Source: the human T2T-CHM13v2.0 reference genome, Homo sapiens
DNA length: 64,000 bases
Assembly (NCBI RefSeq): GCF_009914755.1
Contig: NC_060927.1
Direction: 5' to 3' (one strand)
Below, in pieces: positions 1 through 10,320 of the stretch. Under the pieces are notes generated by a model, which was given only the letters and a program-made list of their open reading frames with translations, searched no databases and had not been told where the DNA came from. The position numbers and the translations under genes were made by a program. Every line of letters begins with the position of its first letter. The first letter of the stretch is position 1.

Positions 1-299
1 AAACTAGTTTTTATTCTAGTTTTGCTAATCTAGTTAGGTAAGTCTCCATGGCCCATTCCCCTGGAATTTAGCTGTTTTAAAACATTAATACATCTGTCAT
101 CTGTGCATTTCTCTTTCTTCTCTTTGGCTGCATTTATCCATGCTCTGAGTAGCTAACTTACTTTCCTCCGTTCACTGCAAAGGATCCACCCCTTTGATGA
201 CCTGATCTTTGAGGGCTCTTGCACCTTACTCAGTGTCTTTCTGGTATAATTTTTTCCAGGAGCAGCACTACAGGTTTACGTTCAGATTTAAGAAGCCCA

Positions 300-540
300 C
301 TATGATGATGATAACCCATACGTACCTCTAACTCTGGGCCAGGGACTGTTCCACATGTTCATGTTAACTTACTTCTCATAGCCCTGTGAGCGGATATTGT
401 TGTTATCTGCATTTTGCGGATGAGGGAGCTGAGTCACAGAGACGTTAAATGACTTATGCAAGGTCACACAACTGTTAGTGGCAGATCTGGGACTTGAAGC
501 CAGGCAGTGTTGCTCTAGGACCTCTCTTCTTTAACTGCTA
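300..540 (-). mobile_element. MIR SINE
   Basis: Reverse complement of MIR core (cattttgcggatgagggagctgag...aaggtcacacaactgttagtggcagatctgggacttgaagccaggcagt); boundaries approximate. Confidence 0.8.
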
Positions 541-1649
541 CTCTATGCCCATCCTGTATCCCTTCTGTTTTCATTTTCACTTTTTCTGAAATTTTCTTCA
601 TAAACGATGTGAAATCTCTTTCTGTTTTGTCCTGCTTTGTTTAAGAGGACCCAGCAAAGGTGCAGAGAGAATGTAATGGCTTGGCTCCTGATGTCACAGC
701 AAGTAAGAATCCATGTTGAGAAGCATGGGGAGAGGCCAGAATCAAACAGCACATGCTAGGTTCACAGTCACCTTCTTTGTTGACAGACGCCTTCTTTGTG
801 GAGGACTACAGGATTTTCCTGTGGTGTGCTTAAGAGGGGGCTGGCTTTCTGGCCCATCTGAGGCAGAAGGCACCCTCCAGGTAGGCAGGCTTCCTTTAGG
901 GCTGCTGCTCCTTTTGTGGGTCACTCAGCCTCAGTTAAAGTCCCCAGAGCTGGTTCTAGAAAGCGGCGCTGCTGCGAGAAGAGGAACTGACGCTGCTCAG
1001 TGGAATCACATGAGGAACCAATAGCAGTGTTTCCTTGGTTAGTGGGTCTGGGTGTGAGACTGTGAGAACATGTGTGTGTTCCCAGACCTCAACATAGGCA
1101 CACCTAAGGAGCTGGCCTTGGGTCTAAATGATGTTCTCTGTTCCTCTGTCAGGAACCAGACAAGGCCTAAGTTCCACGCTGTGTTTTTGAAATCACTGAG
1201 TCCTAGGACTCATTCAGATTGAATGCTGCTTCTCCAGGTTTAGGTTAAATATTTTAGCCTTGGATGCTGGGGCCAGGTTTATTGCAATAGGGCATAGCCA
1301 GGCTGGCCTGGCCACCTTGGGCTGCCACTTTCAAATGCTTTCCATTTACAGAAAAATTGATGGAGCTTCTCCCAGGGTAGATCTAATCAGTTGGCAATTC
1401 CTTGCTGTCACTGCTAACCTATCTGTGCCTTCAAACCTCTGTTGACTTTGAGGACCTATCTGCCTACTTTCTGCAAGCCACTCAGCCCAGCCATCCTGCT
1501 CCACTTCTTATGTATCTGGTATCTGGGTCAGTCCAGCACCACCTTTGGTTCCAAGCCTTTGTCCTTGTGCAATTTTGTAGACTTCTTTGGGGGGTGGTTT
1601 AAGGATTTGATGCAAAGCATGATGTCTGACATTGATATTACACTGTCAC

Positions 1650-2262
1650 CTGAGCCCCTGTAATGGCCTCCTAACTGGCCCTCCTGCTTACACACCCCTC
1701 CCTGCAATCTTCAAAAGCAGTTTTGTACCTATTGCCAATATGATCTTTTAAAAATGAACATTCTATCATATCGGTTTCTTGCTTAAAATCCTCCAGTGAC
1801 TTCTCAATTTTTGGCATATTGAATAAAGCCCAAGCCTGCATAACCCCACATGATCTGGTCCCGCCTCTACCTTGGGCACCATTTTGTACCAGGCCCTTTT
1901 GATTCAGCCACACCAACCTTCTGTTTTAACACTTCAAGTACTTGCATTGGTACTTGTGTACATGCAGTTTCTGCTTCCTGGAATGCTTGTCCATTGATCT
2001 TACATGGCTGGCCTCTTCATACCATCAGCTCTCACCTTAACATCCTCGAGGGGCATTCTTTCATCACTCAGTCTAAAGTAGCCACTCTGTCACTCTTTCT
2101 GCCTCTTGTATATTTGTCTATTGTCTCTGTACTCTCCTTAGAAAATAAGCTCCATGAGGCGGGGACCTTTCATGTCCTGTTCTGTTGTATCTCCAATGCC
2201 TAGAATAGTGCCTGGAACATAGTAGATAGGTGTTCAATTAATAGCTATTGAATGAATAAATG
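1650..2262 (+). mobile_element. L2 LINE 3' end fragment, followed by a short MIR-like tail to ~2302
   Basis: Typical L2 terminus taagctccatgaggc...cctagaatagtgcctggaacatagtag...tgaatgaataaatga. Confidence 0.75.
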
Positions 2263-5224
2263 ATATATGGTAAGTGCTCAATAAATGTTAACTATTATTA
2301 TTTTGTTAGATAAAAACAAAAATGTGAAAATATAACTGGGGTTCCATTGAGTCCTGATTCTTTCCAGTGATATGTTCAAAGAAACAACTGTGTGGCAGAA
2401 AAATATGATTAAAAATAACTTTTACTCATTCCCTCAAAAAAAAAAAAAGCCCAAAGTGAGAGGGTGTATTTTTCACCTATAACAGAACTTGTTGAAATCT
2501 TGTCTCGCCATTTCTGATACTCACAGCATTCAACACACATGGCAGCTCTGCCAACTGTGTCTTTCTGTCTGTTTGCCAACCCCCAACCAAAGAGCTCCTC
2601 GAAAACCTGGCTAAGTGTCTTCAGGTGCTGTTGTTACCTCGTTTTTGGCCCCAGTTTCTAAATCAGCATTCAGAAAAGGTCAGGAGCCACACAGGCACAT
2701 TGAAACCTAGAGTGAAGTTGGGGGTGGTGGAAATGAGGTTGGGAATACTCAAGTTGATAGTTTTTTAACCTGCTAGACATATAGCAAAAATAGGGAACTG
2801 ATTAAAGATATGAGTGTATTCTAAACTGAAGAGTACTTAAGACTATCCTAAATAGCTGTACTTGTGGAGCATTGAATCCTAGACTTTTTTTTTTTTCATA
2901 TATACAAAAGGTTGATCTCTTTAATCTTGGTATCCCACTACAAAGCTTTGAACCCAGAATAGAAGGAGATCTCTACTGTCACAAAGCTTGTGCATTAAAA
3001 CCATTTGTTTACTCTATAGGTCCTCCTTTGGAACCTTATTGACTTGCTTTATTATTTTGTTTGCAACTACTTTAGGTTAGAAACTGGACCTAAAAGGGAA
3101 GGGGAACTATTAGAGACAAGGAAAAGAACATGATACTAGTCAGCCTGAGTGAGCAGACCAAGATGAAAAATGCTCTCATTACACAGTGGTAACAGTGACC
3201 CTGATTCCTAAAGTGGGAGTCAGATTAAAGACAGGAGTGTGTCCTGGTCACTTTTTATCTCTGAATTGTTTCTCCAGTAGTGGGTTCTGTCTTCCAGAGC
3301 CATTAATGCCCTCTGTTCAGCTTTCTTATGTCCAGCACACATTTGCAAGACAGATCTTTAAGATTACAGGATGTGGTCTTGGGAAAGCAGGTCTTTACTG
3401 TGCAAAATATCCAGGTCTGCCAGAGCATCTTTTCTGAGCCCTTGGCTTCATTAATACACTGCTTCAACCTGCTGGCCTCAACTGATTCATCAGGTTATAA
3501 ACGGAGTTGGGAATAGAAATTATTTCCCTGGGGGATCCCAGTTATATAATAGCTGTCATTTGTATGCAGTAAAATGATTTGCAGAGTAGCACAGCTCAGA
3601 GTTCCCAGCTGCATTCTGTTTGTTTATTTCTGGCAGCATATGAAACAGTTTGCTGGGTATGTGGTTTCCAAAAGGTAACATGGACATAATAGTAACATCT
3701 GGGGCTGGGGTTTTCTCCCACCCCATATAGATTTTAGTAGGAAGTCTGCATCTAAGGAATTTGAGTTTAATGTCTGTTGCTTGCTTTCTAACTTCATGCC
3801 TGTCAGTTCTCCGTTGCTTTTACTGGCCACAGTCTTGAGCCTCTCAGCTGCCATCTCCCAGAGAGTGCCAAGCTAAAGAGCTACACATAAATATTCATGA
3901 GGGAAAGAGACTCAGAAAGCAGAGGACAGGTTGGGGAACCCTTTTTTCTGAGATGGGCTACGGGCTTCTTGCCTTACTTTCTTTTTCCTCTCTCCATCCC
4001 CCCTAGAGTAAATTAACTTATATACTGGCCATTGTCTTCCCTGTCCAGTGGGGAAGAGGCAGGACAGAGTGGAAGGCAACAGCCAAGAGAAGTGTGGGAA
4101 CTACACGTTTCCCTGGGATGGCATGGTGTTGTCCAACCAACTTATGCCACTGAAGGGTGCATTGTCCAAATAGTCCTTATATACCATAGGGGTCAAGGAG
4201 GGTGTAATGAGGACAGCAGAGAATCATGAGTGATAATAGCTATTGTGGTGGACAGCAGAGGGGTAGAGGAAGGAGAGATGCTCTTGTTTGCCCTAGCCAG
4301 GCTAGTGGGGACTGTGCCTTGGAGACAGTTATACAGGGGCTCACACTCATTCCTCTAACCCCCTAAACCTTTCTCTACCAGAAAATCAGATGTAAATGAA
4401 CTACAGCTGCAGCCTTGAAGACTATGGAGAGAGGGAGGATATTTTAGACCTCCGTGCCTCACTGAGAGGTGGGAGAGTTGATGCTCAGGGGCCTGAATCT
4501 ATGAGTCTTCTGATAATTTTGCCATTGGGTGTAGCATCCTCCTCTTATTGTCATCTTTCTCCTCCCTCTGCATTGAAATCATCCCTAGCTACCAAGTTTC
4601 CCACAGCTTAGGCTGCTGGTGAAGGCCCCAGTTTGTTCCACACTTGGTTGTTCTCTGACAGCTACTTGTCTCAGTCTCAAGTTCCTGATTTTCGGTTTTC
4701 ACAATATTCCGAGCTAGGATCTTGCCTATTTCTAGTTGCCCTTACCTAGGTTTCCATTTTATAACTTCCTATCAAAGATACACAGTCTGATTAACTCTTC
4801 ATAATATTGTTTTCTCTTTGTAAGCAGTAGAATTGGACTCTTAGATCAATTTATAGAATAGTTGTCACAACCATCTCTATGTGTCTGCCTTCACATGGAC
4901 TATATTTTTAGTGCCGTTTTCTACTATATAACAAGAATACTTTTATTAATCTCAGCAGACAAGACCAAGTGTCAAGTCACAGCAAGGGTGATGGGAGCCA
5001 GGATTTCTTACTGACTTGACTGAACACCTCTGACTAAGGATAGTTCTTCAGGTAATTGAACACACACCGATGCTTTAACACAGTTTCTAGCCTAGCCTGT
5101 CTCCTGAGCCTGATAATTTGAATAAGTGGGGAGTCTCTCAGCTGGACACAGAATACCCTGTGTCATATGATTGGTGGGTCTGAATGAAAATCTTTGTATT
5201 GGAGCTGGAATGGCAGGAGACAGT

Positions 5225-5330
5225 GCGATATAGTAGAAGCAACACTGAACTTGTAGTGAGAATCTTAGGTTTGGGAGCATCCTTACTCTGGCATCTTACT
5301 GTCCACATGATGTGGTCAAAACACTTAACC
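5225..5330 (+). mobile_element. MIR 5' fragment
   Basis: atagtagaagcaacactgaact...ggtcaaaacacttaacct resembles the MIR tRNA-derived head; diverged. Confidence 0.5.
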
Positions 5331-6916
5331 TGATGTTGTTCAGCTGTTCATGAATCCTGTGTACCAGACACTGCGCTTGGCACTGCTGACACAGTGGTGA
5401 CTGTGGCAAGATCTTGCAGCTAAGTATGACAACCCTGGCTATGTTAGGGGCCTCTTGTGACCCTTGAATGAGATAATGTTAAGGGGTTCTTGTGCACCTT
5501 AAATGATAGAAGAGTCACTTCTTTTGTGAACTTTAAATGTTCACAAGAGAGGTCTCATTTTTATTGAAAAAAACATTAATAATGTACATAATTTAAAGTC
5601 CACATGGGAGAGCATTAATGTATCCAACCAGAGCATCATATTGAAAAAAGTGCATAGCTACACAGATGGAGAATGTACATTATCTAGTGGGAAAATATTT
5701 TTTACACATTTGTACACTTACAGTAACAAAGTATAAACACTACTGCCTTTGATCCAAGGAATATAAATACTTATTAAAAATAAATTATATGAAATGCCAT
5801 TTGATTCTCTTAGAAGCTATTCTTCTGTGTCATCATTGAACACCCAGAAAGACTACAGGCTTATAAAGAAACATCTCTATTTACATGGTGTATTTCTGTA
5901 TCACTCTTCAGGCTCAAAAGAGAAGCAGAGCAGAGTGGCTGTAAGGCATGGATTGAGGAGAATCTTCAGACCACCCTTTCCTGGTGAGGGAGGGGCTTTG
6001 TGAAGGCTTATGTTCTCCTTTGGAACCTAAAAGGCAGCTCTTGAGATCCTCCTGAGGGACTAAATACCAAAGGGAGATTAGGCCTGGGCAGACTTAAATG
6101 CACCGCACATTGGATGATTCGAAGTGACAGAGAAGAGCATTTTAAAATTATATACTGTAAGACAGATTACAGATCTATAAAAAGACAATGTCCCATTAAA
6201 AACTCCTCATGACATATTGGTAAGTGGAGAAAAAAAAAGACTATAGACTGTTTTGTGCATATCTCACTTTTTGGAAAAAGAAGTATTTGCAGGTTTATGT
6301 GTGTTTCAGTCTGTTTTGGCACCTTAAAAAACACACAGTTTATAAATTTAGAAAAAGGAGACTTTATTTTTTCTTAAGAATTATAGCTTGCAAGATGACC
6401 ATCCCGCAGGCTGAGAAGCCTGCCTCTGACCAAGACCCACTTCGGAGGAGGTGCGTTTGGGATAGGAGCTTTATGCTAAACAGGTTGGCTAAACATACAT
6501 GTTGAACAGGTTACAGAGGGGGCTATGAATATTCATGAAGGTGGTCCTAACACATGTGTATTAGACAAAATGCATGTAACATACACCTATGTTCACTTTG
6601 GGGTGGACACTTAACATTTAAATATATTACAATTAGGCCTTATATGTCCAAAGGTCTTTTCAGGGCATGAAGGCACCCAAGTGGGCAACATCTGTGAACC
6701 AGCCAGAATCAGTCCATGGTTGGTGGTCTTCTCATCAGGAGAAAGTTACTGAAATCAGTCTTGTCCAATAAAGCTGTATTTATGGCTGATAGAACAGGGG
6801 TTCAGTTAGCATCTGTGAGCTGGATGAGTTGTAATTGTTTTAATGTTGCTTATATCAAGGCCAGTGTTTGTAGCTGCTAGGGAAAAATAAAAACCTTGTG
6901 ACAATTAAAACACAGT

Positions 6917-7121
6917 TTTTGTTGGAGGGTAGGGTTGGGAGGAGGGAGAGCATCATTAGGAAGAATAGCTAATGGATGCTGGGCTTCATACATAGGTGAT
7001 GGGATAATCTGTACACAAACCACCATGGCACACATTTACCTATGTAACAAATCTGCACATGCACCCGTAAACTAAAAATAGAAGTTGGAAAAAAATCGTT
7101 TATTTTACTCATAAATAAAGA
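6917..7121 (+). mobile_element. 5'-truncated L1 3'UTR (L1PB/older L1PA-like) with degenerate A-rich tail
   Basis: gggaggagggagagcatc...ccatggcacacatttacctatgtaacaaatctgcacat...aaaatagaagttggaaaaaaa. Confidence 0.85.
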
Positions 7122-7125
7122 GTTT

Positions 7126-8678
7126 TGTGTCCAAAATTGGTGGGTTCTTGGTCTCACTGACTTCAAGAATGAAGCCGTGGACCCTCGCAGTGAGCGTTAC
7201 AGTTCTTAAAGATGGTGTGTCCGGAGTTTGTTCCTTCTGATGTTCGGACGTGTTCGGAGTTTCTTCCTTCTGGTGGGTTTGTGGTGTCATTGGCTTCAGG
7301 AGTGAAGCTGCAGACCTTCGCAGTGAGTGTTACAGCTCTTAAAGCGGCGTGTCTGGAGTTGTTCCTTCCTCCCGTCCAGAGTTGTTCATTCCTCCCGGTG
7401 GGTTCATGGTCTCGCTGGCCTCAGGAGTGAAGCTGCAGACCTGCGCGGTGAGTGTTACAGCTTATAAAGGCAGTACAGACCCAAAGAGTGAGCAGCAGAA
7501 AGATTTATTGCAAAGAGCTAAAGAACAAAGCTCCCACAGTGTGGAAGGGCACCTGAGCGGGTTGCTGCTGCTGGCTTAGGCAGCCTGCTTTTATTCCCTT
7601 ATCTGACCCCACCCACATCCTGCTCATTGGCCCATTTTACAGAGAGCTGATTGGTCCGTTTTACAGAGAGCTGATTGGTCCGTTTGGACAGGGTATTGAT
7701 TGGTGCATTTACAATCTCTGAGCTAGACATAAAAGTTCTCCAAGTCCCCACTAGATTAGCTACACACAGTGCACTGATTGGTGCATTTACAAACCTTGAG
7801 CTAGACACAGAATGCTGATTGGTGTGTTTACAATCCTTTAGCTAGACATAAAAGTTCTTCAAGTCCCCACTAGATTAGCTAGAGAGAGCACTGATTGGTG
7901 CGTTTACAAACCTTGAGCTAGACACAGAGTGCTGATTGGTCTGTTTACAAAACTTGAGCTGGACACAGAGTGCTGATTGGTGCATATACAATCCTCCAGC
8001 TAGACAATCCTCCAGCTAGACATAAAAGTTCTCCAAGTCCCCACCCAACTCAGGAGCCAAGCTGGCTTTGCCTAGTGGATCCTGCTCCAGGGCCATGGGC
8101 AGAGCTGCCTGCCAGTCCCGCGCTGTGCGCCCGCACTCCTCAGCCCTTGGGCGGTCCATGGGACTGGCTGCAGAGCAGGGGGTGGTGCCCGTCAGGGAAG
8201 CTCGGGCTGTGCAGGAGCCCACCGTGGGGGGACTTGGGCATGGTGGGCTACAGGTCCCAAGCCCTGCCCTGCGGGGAGGCGGCTGAAGCCCAGCGAGAAT
8301 TCGAGCATGGCACGGGTGGGCCGGCAGTGCTGGGGGACCTGGTGCACCCTCTGCAGCTGCTGGCCCAGGTGCTAAGCCCCTCACTGCCCGGGGCCAGTGC
8401 CACCGGCCGACCGCTCGGAGTGTGGGGCCCGCCGAGCCCACGCCCACCCGGAACTTGCGCTGGCCCGTGAGCACCGCATGCAGCCCCAGTTCCCACCCGC
8501 GCCTCTCCCTCCACACCTTCCCGCAAGCAGAGGGAGCTGGCTCCAGCCTCAGCCAGCACAGAGAGGGGCTCCCACAGTGCAGCGGCGGGCTGGGCTCCTC
8601 AAGTGTGGCCAGAGTGGGCACCGAGGCTGAGGAGGCACCGAGAGCGAGTGAGGGCTGCCAGCACACTGTCACCTCTCA
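7126..8678 (-). mobile_element. Solo LTR12 (ERV9), long GC-rich type (LTR12C/D/E)
   Basis: Minus strand starts tgagaggtgacagtgtgctggcagccctc and ends ccaccaattttggacaca; tandem CCAAT repeats; perfect 4-bp TSD gttt (7122-7125, 8679-8682). Confidence 0.95.
7588..7985 (-). promoter_or_regulatory. LTR12 promoter: CCAAT (NF-Y) array, GATA site and TATA-like AATAAAAG, directing transcription towards lower coordinates
   Basis: Repeated tgattggt; ttatct at 7599-7604; cttttatt at 7588-7595; matches known ERV9 LTR architecture; activity not shown. Confidence 0.65.
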
Positions 8679-9196
8679 GTTTATTCCAAGGGTAGGAGTG
8701 TGTGACTTAACCCTTTCCTGTCATGGCCTTACGTCCTGTTTATAATTTGGTATCTTAGTGCCACAGAGAGTCTGTTTTGTCAGTCTTATGATCTCTGTTT
8801 TGACATTAATGCTGGCCAGTTGTGTCTAAACTGAAAAAGGGAAGGGATGTAATGAGGCATGTCTGGCCTCCCATCCCATCCTGGCTGGGAACTCAGTTTT
8901 AAGATTTTTATGGGGTTGCCTTGGCCACAAGGGGGCCTATTCAGTCAGTTGTGGGGGCAAGTAGGATTTTATTTTTGGTTTACACACTGTAACAGAATAC
9001 CACAGACTGGGTAATTTATAAGGAAAAATATATTTCTTACAATTCTGGAAGCTGAGAAGTCTAAAGTTAAGGGGCTCACATCTAGTGAGGGCCTTCTTGC
9101 TACATCTTCACATGGCGGAAGGCTTGAAGGGCAAGAGATCAGGGGAGAGAGAGGGAGGCGAGGGGGATTGAACACATCCTTTTCTTAGGAACCTAC

Positions 9197-9857
9197 TGAG
9201 AGGTGAAGCTGGCTGGGCTTCTGGGTCGGGTGGGAACTTGGAGAACTTTTCTGTCTAGCTAAAGGATTGTAAACACACCAGTTAGCACTTGGTAAAAAAA
9301 GGACCAATCAGCACTCTGTAAAACGGACCAATCAGCACTCTGTAAAACAGACCAATCAGCTCTCTGTAAAATGAATCAATCAGCAGGATGTGGGTGGGAC
9401 CAAATAAGGGAATAAAAGCTGGCCACCTGAGCCAGCAGCGGCAACCCACTCAGGTCCCCTTTCACACTGTGGAAGCTTTGTTCTTTCGCTCTTTGCAATA
9501 AATATTGCTGCTGCTCACTCTTTGGGTTTACTTTGCCTTTATGAGCTGTAAGACTCACCGTGAAGGTTTGCGGCTTCACTCCTGAGGCCAGCGAGACCAC
9601 AAACCCACCGGGAGGAAGGAACAACTCTGGATGCGCCGCCTTTATGAGCTGTAACACTCACGTGAAGGTCTGCAGCTTCAATCCTATAGTCAGCGAGACC
9701 ACGAACCCACCAGAAGGAAGAAACACTGGACACATCCGAACATCAGAAGGAGCAAACTCCAGACACACCATCTTTAAGAACTGTAACACTCACCGTGAGG
9801 GTCTGTGGCTTCATTCTTGAAGTCAGTGAGACCAAGAACCCACCAATTCCAGACACA
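9197..9857 (+). mobile_element. Solo LTR12 (ERV9), short type
   Basis: Starts tgagaggtgaagctggctgggcttctgggtc, ends ccaccaattccagacaca; perfect 4-bp TSD ctac (9193-9196, 9858-9861). Confidence 0.95.
9300..9420 (+). promoter_or_regulatory. LTR12 promoter: CCAAT repeats and TATA-like AATAAAAG, directing transcription towards higher coordinates
   Basis: gaccaatcagc x3; aataaaag at 9411-9418; the adjacent GATA position reads caaataag rather than cagataag. Confidence 0.6.
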
Positions 9858-10219
9858 CTACTCCCAAGATAACAGCATTAATCCATTCATGCCCTTGTGG
9901 CCTAATCACCTCTTAAAGGTCCCACTTCTCAACACTGTTACATTGGGGATTAAGTTTCCAACAAATGAACTTTGGGGTCACATTCAAACCATAGCAGTAT
10001 GCAATATTAACTTTGTTTATCACTTGATGATATAGTTGTGTACTCATCTTTGGACTTTCTGTATTTTCTAAGCTTTGTGCAGTAAGCATGTATTTCTTTT
10101 GTAGTCAGAAAAGTAATTATTGTAAACAAAATCCTATTATAAACAGAACTCTAAAATATCTATACAGCAAAGGGACTGTGTTGTTCATTATTTTATTCCT
10201 AGTGTCTGGACTATGCGGT

Positions 10220-10320
10220 GGAATCACATGAGAGAGCTTGTGAATGCTGCAGATTTCTGAGCCTCAGCCCTAGAGATGCTGGCTGATTCAGTTGTTGTGG
10301 AAGGAGATGCTGCCAGGGAA
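10220..10320. mobile_element. MER5-like hAT-Charlie fragment
   Basis: gaatcacatgagagagcttg...gcagatttctgagcctcagccctagagat...tgattcagt. Confidence 0.45.

Larger units (their letters stand above)
6324..8984 (-). mobile_element. ERV1 MER4-group solo LTR (MER4/LTR39-like) in two pieces: 6324-~6916 and 8679-8984
   Basis: Minus strand begins tgtaaaccaaaaataaaatccta, the MER4-group start; aataaa near the other end; 4-bp flanks cacc/cact. Confidence 0.7.
6300..9996 (-). mobile_element. MaLR LTR (MLT1A/MSTD-like) in three pieces: ~6300-6323, 8985-9196, 9858-9996
   Basis: Pieces rejoin as tgtttcagtctgttttggcac|tgtaacagaataccacagactgggtaatttata...ggaacctac|tcccaagataac...cattcaaaccatagca; flanks ttatg/gtatg fit a 5-bp TSD with 1 mismatch. 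Confidence 0.8.
6200..10115 (+). mobile_element. Old L1M(E) 3'UTR relic in two pieces (~6200-6295 and ~10000-10115), split by the nested LTR cluster
   Basis: Right piece ttttctgtattttctaagctttgtgcagtaagcatgtatttcttttgtagtcagaaaag matches old L1ME 3' ends; left piece weaker. Confidence 0.4.

Noticed and set aside
7620-8030. Regularly spaced repeats resembling a CRISPR array
   Set aside because: They are the standard LTR12 CCAAT tandem repeats; the intervening sequences are repeated rather than unique spacers, and the context is primate
7970-8745. Overlapping ORFs up to 218 aa on both strands
   Set aside because: Stop-poor frames in the GC-rich LTR12 U3; no recognisable domain
7126-9857. The two LTR12s as ends of one provirus
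   Set aside because: Opposite orientation, different subtypes, separate TSDs, and the spacer is MER4-group/MaLR sequence with no internal ERV9 genes
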